Of a DNA stretch of 64,000 nt, positions 1 through 8,678 are shown one piece after another. Within the stretch, counting starts at the first letter, position 1; each line of letters begins with the position of its first letter. The translations under genes and the position numbers were made by a program. The notes beneath the pieces are model-generated. The model had not been told where the DNA came from, did not search any database, and saw only the letters and a list, made by a program, of their open reading frames with translations. Source of the stretch: Devosia equisanguinis (GTDB taxonomy: Bacteria; Pseudomonadota; Alphaproteobacteria; Rhizobiales; Devosiaceae); assembly GCA_943372435.1 (NCBI GenBank), contig CALRYQ010000002.1:300584-364583 (forward strand). The letters are read 5' to 3'.

Positions 1-688
1 GCCGTTCTCCGATTGCGCTGGCAGCAATGCGTCCGGCTTCAGGCAGCATCGCCCGAATTGAGGCCAGCCGCGCCGGGGCATCGGGCGCAATTCGCACAAT
101 GGTGGCGAAGGCGCGCATACCATCAAGCAGCGACAGGCTGTCGCGTTCGCGATGCGCGTCGCCGGTCAGCCTTGTGGCCTCGGCGTGGATAAGTCGACCG
201 TCTCGACGGATGCGCCAGGTATCGGAAAATTGTGCATTGCGGGCCATTTCACCCATCGCGTCGCGACCCAGCAGCACGGCTTCAACGGCAGTCAGCGTGG
301 CACCCTGGGCTAGGTCAATATCGATATTGCGCGCGAATTTGCTGGTGTCGAACAGGATGGTTTCCTGCGGCAGCCAGTCGATATGGGCATTGGCACCGGC
401 AATAAGGTGGGTCTGTACGCGGGCCACATCGCCTGTGGACTTATAGATGCGCTCACAGGCTTGAGTGGTGACAACCAACCGCCCCTCTTCGATAGCCTCC
501 GCGGTCCATTGCATGTGGTCGCCGCCGGTCAGGCCACCAGCAGTGTTGATCAGCACTGCCTCAAGCGTTGAATTATGGGTGTTGGGCAGGCGGATTTTGG
601 CGCAGCCATCCTGAAACAGCGTCTGCAGATGGGTGCCGCCATCACGAATTTGCGTGGAGATTTTTCCTGTTCCGCGCGCGCGTTGCAT
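1..688 (-). CDS. ureD: urease accessory protein UreD (5' part; the C-terminus runs off the left edge)
   Basis: Absent from the ORF track because no stop lies in the window. Hand translation of the minus strand from ATG 688 gives MQRARGTGKISTQIRDGGTHLQTLFQDGCAKIRLPNTHNSTLEAVLINTAGGLTGGDHMQW...TTQACERIYKS...WLPQETILFD, which carries the UreD/UreH-type INTxGGLxGGD and TTQAxERIY blocks. The frame is open up to an in-frame stop at 803-805, so GTG 751 and TTG 766/793 are alternative starts. It lies directly downstream of urtE. Confidence 0.8.
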   Translation of the reverse strand, partial: MQRARGTGKISTQIRDGGTHLQTLFQDGCAKIRLPNTHNSTLEAVLINTAGGLTGGDHMQWTAEAIEEGRLVVTTQACERIYKSTGDVARVQTHLIAGANAHIDWLPQETILFDTSKFARNIDIDLAQGATLTAVEAVLLGRDAMGEMARNAQFSDTWRIRRDGRLIHAEATRLTGDAHRERDSLSLLDGMRAFATIVRIAPDAPARLASIRAMLPEAGRIAASAIGER

Positions 689-955
689 CCGCCCCGGGTG
701 TTGCTGCGGGGTTGCTGCCTCTGCGTTTTCAATTTTGAGAACTGCGATCACGGCGCCGAAATCCAATATGTCGCGTTGTATCCCGACGAACAAACCATTG
801 CGTCACAAGAACAGCAAGGGAGCCTGTCCACCGACGCCACCACCACCGATTCTGAAAAGGTTCACGGCGTTGCCGATGGCATCTCCGAGATCGGCCTCGA
901 GACGATCGCTGGCCGGGCTTCGGGCGCCCGGTTCCGGCCCGGTGTCTGTTTGGTA

Positions 956-1657
956 TCATACCATCAAATGCCGGCGCACTTCGGGCAGGCCCAGATCGCT
1001 GGCCGGGCCAGCATGCTGAATCGCGCCGCGGTCCATGATGTAGATGTCGTCGGCGATGTCCTGGCAGAAATCCAGGAACTGCTCTACCAGCAGGATGGTC
1101 ATGCCTTTTTCATCGCGCAGGAATTGCAGCGCCCGACCGATATCCTTGATTATCGAGGGCTGAATGCCCTCAGTCGGCTCGTCCAGCACCAGCATTTTGG
1201 GTCGGGTGACCAGAGCACGCCCGATGGCGAGCTGTTGCTGTTGGCCACCCGAGAGGTCGCCGCCCCGCCGCCCAAGCATGGATTTGAGCACGGGGAACAG
1301 CTCGAAAATGTAAGTGGGAATATTCTTGTCGGCGCGCTTAAGCCCGGCGTAACCGGTTTCCAGGTTTTCCTTGACCGTCAGCAGCGGAAAGATCTCGCGG
1401 CCCTGTGGGACGTAGCCAATGCCCATGCGGGCGCGCTTGTAAGGCGGGGCTTTGCGCAGCACTTCCTCTCCAAAACTGATCTCGCCATTGGTGATGTTGT
1501 GCACACCGGTGATGGCGCGCAGCGTCGAAGATTTGCCGACCCCGTTGCGTCCAAGCACTGCCGTAATGCGGCCGGGCTTGCACTCGATGGTGATCCCCCG
1601 CAACGCCTGCGCGGCGCCGTAGTGCAGGTCGATTGCGCGGATGGAGAGGGCGGTCAT
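956..1657 (-). CDS. urtE: urea ABC transporter ATP-binding protein UrtE
   Basis: 233-aa ORF. Walker A GRNGVGKSS, signature LSGGQQQ, Walker B LVLDEP. It is the last gene of a cluster in urtABCDE order, 3 nt from urtD. Confidence 0.9.
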   Translation of the reverse strand: MTALSIRAIDLHYGAAQALRGITIECKPGRITAVLGRNGVGKSSTLRAITGVHNITNGEISFGEEVLRKAPPYKRARMGIGYVPQGREIFPLLTVKENLETGYAGLKRADKNIPTYIFELFPVLKSMLGRRGGDLSGGQQQQLAIGRALVTRPKMLVLDEPTEGIQPSIIKDIGRALQFLRDEKGMTILLVEQFLDFCQDIADDIYIMDRGAIQHAGPASDLGLPEVRRHLMV

Positions 1658-1660
1658 GGT

Positions 1661-2410
1661 TCAGCGTCCCAGATAGCGTTCGATGACTTGTGGGTTTGCA
1701 CTGACCTGGTCGAGCGAGCCCTCGGCCAGTACCGAGCCTTCGGCAAGGCACGTGACGCGGGAGCCCAGTTCGCGCACGAAACTCATGTCGTGTTCCACGA
1801 CCACCACCGAGCGCGTCTTGGCGATCTGTTTGAGCAGCGTGGCGGTTTCGACGGTTTCTGCATCGGTCATGCCGGCAACTGGTTCGTCGACGAGGAGCAG
1901 TTTCGGATCCTGAGCCAGCAACATGCCGATTTCGAGCCACTGCTTTTGCCCATGGCTGAGGTTGGCGGCCAATTCATCCTTGCGATGCAGCAAGCGAACC
2001 GTGGTGAGGATTTCGGCGATGCGATCCTTGTCCTGGGGTGAGGACACATAGAACAGCGCCAAGAACACGCCGCGTGGCTTGCGCAGCGCCATTTCCAAAT
2101 TGTCCCAGACCGTATGGCTTTCAAACACCGTCGGCTTCTGGAATTTGCGGCCAATACCGAGATTGGCAATGGCGGATTCATCGAGCTTGGTCAGGTCGGT
2201 GCGTCCATCGAACAGCACTTCGCCATCGTCTGGCCGGGTCTTGCCGGTGATAATGTCCATCATGGTGGTCTTGCCCGCGCCATTCGGGCCGATGATCGCC
2301 AGCATCTCGTTGGGATGGACGATGATCGACAGCGCGTTCAGCGCCTTGAAGCCGTCGAACGACACAGAAACGCCGTCGAGATAGAGCATTGTGCCGCTTT
2401 TGTCGGTCAT
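1661..2410 (-). CDS. urtD: urea ABC transporter ATP-binding protein UrtD
   Basis: 249-aa ORF. Walker A GPNGAGKTT, signature LSHGQKQ, Walker B LLLVDEP. 3-nt gap to urtC. Confidence 0.9.
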   Translation of the reverse strand: MTDKSGTMLYLDGVSVSFDGFKALNALSIIVHPNEMLAIIGPNGAGKTTMMDIITGKTRPDDGEVLFDGRTDLTKLDESAIANLGIGRKFQKPTVFESHTVWDNLEMALRKPRGVFLALFYVSSPQDKDRIAEILTTVRLLHRKDELAANLSHGQKQWLEIGMLLAQDPKLLLVDEPVAGMTDAETVETATLLKQIAKTRSVVVVEHDMSFVRELGSRVTCLAEGSVLAEGSLDQVSANPQVIERYLGR

Positions 2411-2413
2411 AGC

Positions 2414-3754
2414 CTACTCCGCTGGCTTGGGTTCAGGACCGATGCCGGCTTCGACATCCGTGGGCGAGGGAGCATTGCGATCGTGCTGTTCGCGCTTGGT
2501 GGTCATGGTGCGATATTGCCCGATCAGCCCAACCACGCCCTTAGGCAGAAACAGGGTGGTGAAGATGAACAACCCGCCCAGCGCGTAGAGCCAGACGTCG
2601 GAGAGAGCCGGCAGCGCAAAGCTGCCGAAGCGGATAAACTGGTAGCAGCCATAAAGTGTAGGGACCGCGGCCGAGGCGGCGATGACGATCAGTCCCTTTT
2701 TCCAACCACTGGCGACGCTGACGATGCCGGCAAAAACTACAATGACGACCAGCGCCTGATAGTAGGACGACCCAGAGGTGAAGATCGACTTGGTCAGATT
2801 GACCAGCAGGGCGCCCAAGATAGGGCCAACAATGGTGCCGCGTCCGCCGACAGCCGTCCAGATCACCACCTCGATCGAGTTCCCCGGCTCGAACTCGCTG
2901 GGATTGATGATGCCGACCTGCGGCGCATAGAGCGCTCCGGCAATGCCAGCCAATACAGCCGATACCACGAAGGCGAAGAGTTTTACGTTGTCGACGCGAT
3001 AGCCGATAAATCGGGTTCGGCTCTCGGCATCGCGCACCGCCACCATCACCTTGCCGAGCTTGGAGTTGACGATGGCCGAGCACAGCACCACGGCCAGCGC
3101 CAGGGCGAGGGCCGAGGCGGCAAACAAAGCCGCGCGGGTGGTCGCCGCCTGAACATTGAACCCCAAAATGTCCTTGAAGTCGGTCAGGCCGTTATTGCCG
3201 CCGACGCCCAGGTCGTTGCGGAAAAAGGCCAGCAGCAGGGCATAGGTCATGGCCTGGGTGATGATCGATAGGTATACGCCAGTGACGCGGCTGCGGAACG
3301 CCAGGAAGCCGAAGACGAACGCCAAAATCCCCGGCACCAGCAGCACCATCAGGAAGGCGTACCACCACATGTCAAAGAAGTTCCAGAACCAGGGCAGTTC
3401 CTTATAGTTCAGGAACACCATGAAATCGGGCAGGATGGGGTTGGCGTAGACACCGCGCGCGCCGACCTGGCGCATCAGATACATTCCCATGGCATAGGCG
3501 CCGAGCGCAAAGAACGCCGAATGGCCGAGCGAGAGAATGCCGCAATAGCCCCAGACCAGGTCTAGAGCCAAGGCCAGCATGGCGTAATTGACGTATTTGC
3601 CGAACAACGGCACCGCGTAATTCGGCACATGCAGCGGATTGCCTTCCGGCACCACCAGATTGAGTACGGGTACGGCAATGGCGATGGCGAACAGGACTAC
3701 GACCAGCCAGATGGCCTTCTTGTCGAGCGCGCGCAGGACGAATTGGGTGATCAT
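2414..3754 (-). CDS. urtC: urea ABC transporter permease UrtC
   Basis: The track ORF 2414..3919 is over-extended. ATG 3754 overlaps the urtB stop (ATGA) and gives 446 aa starting MITQFVLRALDKK. It is a multi-pass LivM-type permease (GILSLGHSAFFALGAYAMG). Confidence 0.88.
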   Translation of the reverse strand: MITQFVLRALDKKAIWLVVVLFAIAIAVPVLNLVVPEGNPLHVPNYAVPLFGKYVNYAMLALALDLVWGYCGILSLGHSAFFALGAYAMGMYLMRQVGARGVYANPILPDFMVFLNYKELPWFWNFFDMWWYAFLMVLLVPGILAFVFGFLAFRSRVTGVYLSIITQAMTYALLLAFFRNDLGVGGNNGLTDFKDILGFNVQAATTRAALFAASALALALAVVLCSAIVNSKLGKVMVAVRDAESRTRFIGYRVDNVKLFAFVVSAVLAGIAGALYAPQVGIINPSEFEPGNSIEVVIWTAVGGRGTIVGPILGALLVNLTKSIFTSGSSYYQALVVIVVFAGIVSVASGWKKGLIVIAASAAVPTLYGCYQFIRFGSFALPALSDVWLYALGGLFIFTTLFLPKGVVGLIGQYRTMTTKREQHDRNAPSPTDVEAGIGPEPKPAE

Positions 3755-5367
3755 TGTTCGATGGCCCGGCCCTTGAGCGCGAACAACCCACGCGGGCGGC
3801 GCTGAATGAACAAGATGATGAGGACAAGAATGATGATTTTGCCCAAAACGGCCCCGGCGTAGGGTTCGAGGAATTTGTTGCCAATGCCCAGCGTCAGCGC
3901 GCCGATAAGCGTGCCCCACAGATTGCCGACGCCGCCGAACACCACGACCATGAAGCTATCGATGATGTAGCCCTGGCCGAGGTTAGGGGAGACGTTGTCG
4001 ATCTGGCTCAGCGCCACACCGGCCATGCCGGCAATGCCAGAGCCGAGGCCAAAGGTCATGGCATCAACAAACGGGGTGCGGATGCCCATGGACGAAGCCA
4101 TGCGGCGGTTCTGCGTTACTGCCCGCATCTGCAGGCCAAGGGCGGTACGGTTGAGCACTAGCTGCAGGATGATGAATACGGCTATGGCAAATGCCACGAT
4201 CCACAGCCGGTTCCAGGTGATGCTGAGGCCGCCCAGCTGGAATGCACCGGTCATCCATGAGGGCGGGCTGACCATCTGGTTGGTGGGGCCAAACAGGGTG
4301 CGCACCGCCTGCTGCAGGATCAATGACAGACCCCAAGTGGCCAACAGGGTCTCCAGTGGCCGGCCATAGAGCCAGCGGATGATGCCGCGTTCGATGCCGA
4401 CGCCGACCAGGGCGGTGAACAGGAATGCTGCGGGAACGGCAAAGGCCAGCGAATAATCCATCAGACCCGGCGTATAACTGCGGATAATTTGCTGCACGAC
4501 AAACGTGGTGTAGGCGCCCAGCATAACCATTTCGCCATGCGCCATGTTGATGACGCCCATCACGCCGAAGGTGATGGCAAGGCCAATGGCGGCCAGCAGC
4601 AGCACGGAGGAGAGCGACAGGCCATAGATCAGGTTTTGGCCGACATCCCAGACTGCCAACGTACCGCCGATCGCGTCGATGCCGCTCTGGATGACGGGTT
4701 TCAGTTCATCTGGTGCCGCAGCAAGCTGGTTGATCAGCACGGTTTGTGCATCCCGATCGCCATGGGCGGCAACGGTGTCGACGGCGGCGCGCTTGTCTTC
4801 CAGGGGTGCATCGGACTTAAGCGTGATCACCGCCCGCGCCAGTTCCATGGTCGTTCTGATTTCGGGGTTGGCCTCGGCGACCAGAGCCTTGTCGAGCAGT
4901 TCAAGCATGCTTGGATCGGCATTCTTGAGGATCGACCGGGCCGCGGACAGGCGCGCGGTGAGATCGGTGCTGAGCAGTGTCATCGAGCCGATAGCAGTGC
5001 GGATCTTGCCGCGCAGGCTGTTGTTGACCTTGACCTTTTCGATGTCCTTGCTGGTGGCTATCCCTAGGTCGCTGCCATCGATCGGGCTGGTCAGCACGTA
5101 GTCGGAACCGGCCTTGATGGCGACGGCGACCTTGTTGTCACCCTTGCGCAGATAGAGGTCGCCATCGGCCAGAAATTGCAAGATGGCGGGGACGCGCGCG
5201 TCGCCGGTGGCGACCAGGTCACTCATGGCCTTTTCGCGGTCGGGAAAGCCTCCCTGTCCGAGGGCGTCTACCATGGCCGTGAGATCTGCGGACTGGGCAT
5301 AAGCTGGGAGCGGAGCGACAAGCAGGGCGAGCAGGACAGCAAAAATCTGCAAAAATCGACTGGTCAT
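3751..5367 (-). CDS. urtB: urea ABC transporter permease UrtB (long form with an N-terminal exported domain)
   Basis: 538 aa. Signal-like N-terminus MTSRFLQIFAVLLALLVAPLPAYAQ, then about 240 aa of soluble sequence, then a LivH-type permease core (GVMGVINMAHGE...). Confidence 0.88.
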   Translation of the reverse strand: MTSRFLQIFAVLLALLVAPLPAYAQSADLTAMVDALGQGGFPDREKAMSDLVATGDARVPAILQFLADGDLYLRKGDNKVAVAIKAGSDYVLTSPIDGSDLGIATSKDIEKVKVNNSLRGKIRTAIGSMTLLSTDLTARLSAARSILKNADPSMLELLDKALVAEANPEIRTTMELARAVITLKSDAPLEDKRAAVDTVAAHGDRDAQTVLINQLAAAPDELKPVIQSGIDAIGGTLAVWDVGQNLIYGLSLSSVLLLAAIGLAITFGVMGVINMAHGEMVMLGAYTTFVVQQIIRSYTPGLMDYSLAFAVPAAFLFTALVGVGIERGIIRWLYGRPLETLLATWGLSLILQQAVRTLFGPTNQMVSPPSWMTGAFQLGGLSITWNRLWIVAFAIAVFIILQLVLNRTALGLQMRAVTQNRRMASSMGIRTPFVDAMTFGLGSGIAGMAGVALSQIDNVSPNLGQGYIIDSFMVVVFGGVGNLWGTLIGALTLGIGNKFLEPYAGAVLGKIIILVLIILFIQRRPRGLFALKGRAIEQ

Positions 5368-5397
5368 CGTGCTCGCTCAATCGCTTGGGGGAGGGGT

Positions 5398-5423
5398 GGT
5401 GAAGGCGGCGGACCGCCTTCACC
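5398..5423 (-). promoter_or_regulatory. intercistronic stem-loop between urtA and urtB
   Basis: Perfect 11-bp inverted repeat GGTGAAGGCGG-cgga-CCGCCTTCACC in the 74-nt urtA-urtB spacer. No U-tract follows on the coding strand. Function as an mRNA-stabilising or attenuating hairpin after the binding-protein gene is inference. Confidence 0.55.
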
Positions 5424-5441
5424 CGATCAGTTCAGTTGGAC

Positions 5442-6752
5442 TTAGGGAGCCGGTGGGGCGCCGCAGGTCTGGGTCGCGGTGTCGAAGTGGCCGCAACCGG
5501 TCAGCGGATCGGTCCAGTCGGCTTCGATCCCCTTGTCTTCTGGCAGCACGTCGGACCAGGCATCGCCCGGTACTTCAGCAGTCTGCTTGACGATGTCGAA
5601 CTGGCCATCAGCCTGGATTTCGCCGATCAGCACTGGCTTGGTCAGGTGATGGTTGGGCAGAACGGTGGCAGTGCCGCCAGTCAGGTTTGGCACGGAGAGG
5701 CCGACGATGGCTTTGAGCACAGCGTCGGTATCGGTAGTGCCAGCCTTTTCAACGGCCGCAACCCAGAGGTTGAAGCCGAGATAGGCCGCTTCCATCGGAT
5801 CGTTGGTGGTGCGGGTGTCGTCCTTGATGAACTCGTGCCAAGACGAAATGAAGGCTTCGTTTTGTGGAGTTTCGACGGACTGGAAGTAGTTCCAGGCAGC
5901 GAGGTGACCCACCAAATTGGTGGTGTCGAGGCCAGCCAGTTCTTCTTCGCCGACCGAGAAGGCGACGACTGGAATGTCTTCAGCCGATATGCCCTGGTTC
6001 GCCAGTTCCTTGTAGAACGGCGTGTTGGCGTCGCCGTTGATGGTGGAGACGACGGCGGTCTTCTTGCCGGCGGACCCGAACTCCTTGATCGCGGCAACTT
6101 CAGTCTGCCAATCGGAGAAGCCGAACGGGGTATAGTTGATCCTGATGTCTTCGGCAGCAACGCCTTTGTCCAGGAGGTACTGTTCCAGGATCTTATTGGT
6201 GGTGCGTGGATAGACATAGTCGGTGGCTTCCAGCACCCAGCGCTTCACCGAACCGCCTTCCTCGCTCATCAGATAGTCCACAGCGGGGATAGCCTGCTGG
6301 TTTGGGGCGGCACCGGTGTAGATAACGTTCTTTTCGGATTCTTCGCCTTCGTATTGAACTGGGTAGAACAGGATCGAGTTCAGTTCCTTGAACACTGGCA
6401 GAACCGATTTGCGCGAGGACGAGGTCCAGCAGCCGAACACGGCAGCAACCTTGTCGACGGCGATCAGTTCGCGGGCCTTTTCAGCGAACAATGGCCAGTC
6501 GGAAGCCGGATCCACGACGACGGCTTCGAGCTGCTTGCCCAGCAAGCCGCCCTTCTTGTTCTGCTCGTCGATCAGGAAGAGCATCGTGTCCTTGAGGGTG
6601 GTTTCCGAAATCGCCATCGTCCCCGATAGCGAATGCAAAACGCCGACCTTGATCGTTTCTTCTGCCGCGAATGCCGCCATCGGTGCGACTGCACCCATGG
6701 ACAACGCGACGCCTAGCCCGAGACCCGCGATTGTGCGGTTTAGATCTGTCAT
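5442..6752 (-). CDS. urtA: urea ABC transporter substrate-binding protein UrtA
   Basis: The track ORF is over-extended. ATG 6752 lies 5 nt downstream of GGAGG (6758-6762) and gives 436 aa with a signal peptide (...GAVAPMAAFAAEE) and a LivJ/urea-binding-like core (IKVGVLHSLSGTMAISE). Confidence 0.9.
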   Translation of the reverse strand: MTDLNRTIAGLGLGVALSMGAVAPMAAFAAEETIKVGVLHSLSGTMAISETTLKDTMLFLIDEQNKKGGLLGKQLEAVVVDPASDWPLFAEKARELIAVDKVAAVFGCWTSSSRKSVLPVFKELNSILFYPVQYEGEESEKNVIYTGAAPNQQAIPAVDYLMSEEGGSVKRWVLEATDYVYPRTTNKILEQYLLDKGVAAEDIRINYTPFGFSDWQTEVAAIKEFGSAGKKTAVVSTINGDANTPFYKELANQGISAEDIPVVAFSVGEEELAGLDTTNLVGHLAAWNYFQSVETPQNEAFISSWHEFIKDDTRTTNDPMEAAYLGFNLWVAAVEKAGTTDTDAVLKAIVGLSVPNLTGGTATVLPNHHLTKPVLIGEIQADGQFDIVKQTAEVPGDAWSDVLPEDKGIEADWTDPLTGCGHFDTATQTCGAPPAP

Positions 6753-6793
6753 ATTAACCTCCGACAGCTGTGTGTTTGCACCGTCAGGACAAA

Positions 6794-6810
6794 TGCAAAG
6801 GCCGTGCCAG
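6794..6810 (-). promoter_or_regulatory. sigma-54 (-24/-12) promoter upstream of urtA
   Basis: The minus strand reads CTGGCACGGCCTTTGCA, matching TGGCACG-N4-TTGCW exactly. It is about 45 nt upstream of the urtA ATG. Confidence 0.7.
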
Positions 6811-7368
6811 AGGAATGCTCTCCCGCTAAGAGCTTGATCCAATTGAGAAACGGCGTCGAATAGGCGAGAATGGTGGATTTGGATTGTGTACCGCGCTCTT
6901 GCGGCTGTTCGTTTTATAGGCAGGACGATTGTTGGTGCTTACTTTATGTGCATGCTGGTCCGGTGGTGTGACCTTTGTGTCGCTCTGCGCAAACTAGGGT
7001 CACTTTTACACGGTGAAGGCATGACCGACCTGCTGGTTTGCGTTAGAAATGACTACCGAAGGTTCACCTTCGGCAGAGGTTGTTTGCACCAACTGCCTCG
7101 GTCCCATGCCCGGAACACGGCATGGGGCTTCTTTGCTTATTAAGGACTATGACGATCATTATGGAAATGGATGGGAACCGACCCCGACTTGATCGGTTCC
7201 CCTGCACAGTGACTGCGCGGGATCGGCCCCGCTCGAGCAGGGCCGCGGTGCCGGCAGCAATGGCGAGATATGTGCTATTTCCCTATCAAAGCGTCGCCCG
7301 CCAGTGACCACGTGGCGCTGTCGGTTCGCCTTGTGGTGAATCTGGCTACCGGGCTGCTGGCATGGGTC

Positions 7369-7926
7369 TTAGGCCCGGCCGGTGGTGGCAACCGCAGCAT
7401 CTCCGGCGGCCGCAAGCTTTTTTGCCGCCCCGTTTAACAGCTGTGTCACGCCGTACTTGTGAAACGGCAGGATGGCGGCGAGATAAAAATGGCCAAACCA
7501 ATTGTGCCGCTGGCAACATGTTGACATGTAAAGCGTGGCTGGTGTCGTGGTGCTGCGGGTGATGGTCACCCGAAAATCTTGATGAATATCATCCTCGCCA
7601 AGCATGATCTCGTTGTCATCAATCCGATAAATGCGGAAAAACCCGATATGATCGCCCACCTGTTTGTCGCGAGCGGGGACGGTGTCCGGCGACAAATCCT
7701 TAGGGGTCTTCAAGCCCAGCGGCTTGACGATGGCATTGCGCAATTTCAGCAGGAGCATCATCGCTTTGACGTCGACGAGCAAGCACAGGGTTGCCAGCTC
7801 GATCATGGTCGCTTCGTTGCGCGCCCAGGCATTGCTGAACGCAACGCTGTAGCAGTCGAGATAGTCGCCGGGGCGGGAATAGTCCAACAAGAGGCTGGTG
7901 GAGGGCAGCGTGTCGACTATGGCCAT
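7369..7926 (-). CDS. hypothetical protein, DUF2867-like
   Basis: 185-aa ORF with coding-like third-position GC. The family assignment comes from remembered sequence pattern only (LGEDDIHQDFRVTI...). No catalytic motif. Confidence 0.5.
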   Translation of the reverse strand: MAIVDTLPSTSLLLDYSRPGDYLDCYSVAFSNAWARNEATMIELATLCLLVDVKAMMLLLKLRNAIVKPLGLKTPKDLSPDTVPARDKQVGDHIGFFRIYRIDDNEIMLGEDDIHQDFRVTITRSTTTPATLYMSTCCQRHNWFGHFYLAAILPFHKYGVTQLLNGAAKKLAAAGDAAVATTGRA

Positions 7927-8678
7927 GATGGATCCGATCGGTTTGCGTCACTCGCTCTGGCGAGGCGTCGCCATGGCATCATAACCATAGCGGGGCCGTC
8001 GGCAGTGCGGTGTGCGGTCGCAGGGTATCTGCCGTGAGCGAGTGACGTTCACGGTCTTGTGAAAACGTTTTTGGTTTTAGTCTGCGGTGCCGCAAAGGAT
8101 CGTGGTTGCGGAAACGGCGAAGCGATCGCGGTTGCGGCGGTGACTGCGTCACGCGCAGGCTCACTCATTTATTTTTGGACGTTCGTTTGCCGAGTGATGT
8201 ATTTTGCAGGTCGTTGGCAAGGATATTCAAAATTCTATGAAATATGTAACAGTACATTAAGAATTGTATCACTATAAAGTGAGGAATTGTTCGATTTTTT
8301 GAATTTAGTTGTCAACTTAATTTAGAAATTGTCTGTTTATGTGGAAGATTCCGGAAAGTACGTGATTTTGTACTAACTGACGTTTCCCGAGGACAGACTA
8401 GGGAATGGGCGCCATAATTGGCGGTTCAGGCCATATCAATCCCGAGGATGGCTCAAAAACGTAGCGTTTTAGGGCCTTTGACCGGCTTCCTAAGCGTTGG
8501 AGCCACCAAGGATCGATAGAATTCATTAACCATTTCCGATCAGGCTGAAAAAATGGTGGCTTCGAAAGATGTTCGCTGCGCAGCAAAGTCATACAAGTAA
8601 AACTGTTTATCTATGAACTAACCTATTCACAGGCCTAGTGCTGCCCACCCGCGGCTTACCGATTAAGGAGCCATTCCG

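Noticed and set aside
575-2041. A 488-aa plus-strand ORF, plus similar long ORFs lying opposite annotated genes. These include 2114..3271(+), 5436..6629(+), 12643..13650(+), 14793..15656(-), 17904..18977(-), 19722..20639(-), 30274..31161(-), 34490..35599(-), 38070..39110(-), 39878..40582(-), 46516..47226(-), 48148..48966(-), 49027..49761(-), 51994..52842(-), 60486..61319(+) and 62616..63374(-).
   Set aside because: Each one lies antisense to, or out of frame with, a gene that has clear family motifs. Their translations are Arg/Ala/Gly/Pro-rich low-complexity sequence with no recognisable domains. This is the usual stop-codon-poor shadow-frame artefact of high-GC DNA.
2414-3919. Over-extended 5' ends on the ORF track: urtC, urtA 6842, ald 12147, the TolB-like gene 17400, rarD 21139, MOSC 21996, DUF2336 23027, metF 25210, rsmH 28548, murB 39614, ddl 40710, ftsZ 44033, lpxC 45907, the 51874 and 53172 ORFs, pepP 56696 and ybjQ 59052.
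   Set aside because: In each case an internal start preceded by a Shine-Dalgarno sequence, or overlapping the upstream stop (ATGA/TAATG), yields the N-terminus typical of the family. The extra upstream residues are Arg/Pro-rich read-through of the neighbouring gene or spacer.
8059-8592. Small ORFs inside the AT-rich island: 8059..8277(+) of 72 aa and 8398..8592(-) of 64 aa.
   Set aside because: They lack an RBS and signal or TM logic, and their codon usage is unlike the rest of the window. I treat the island as non-coding, though a small gene cannot be excluded.
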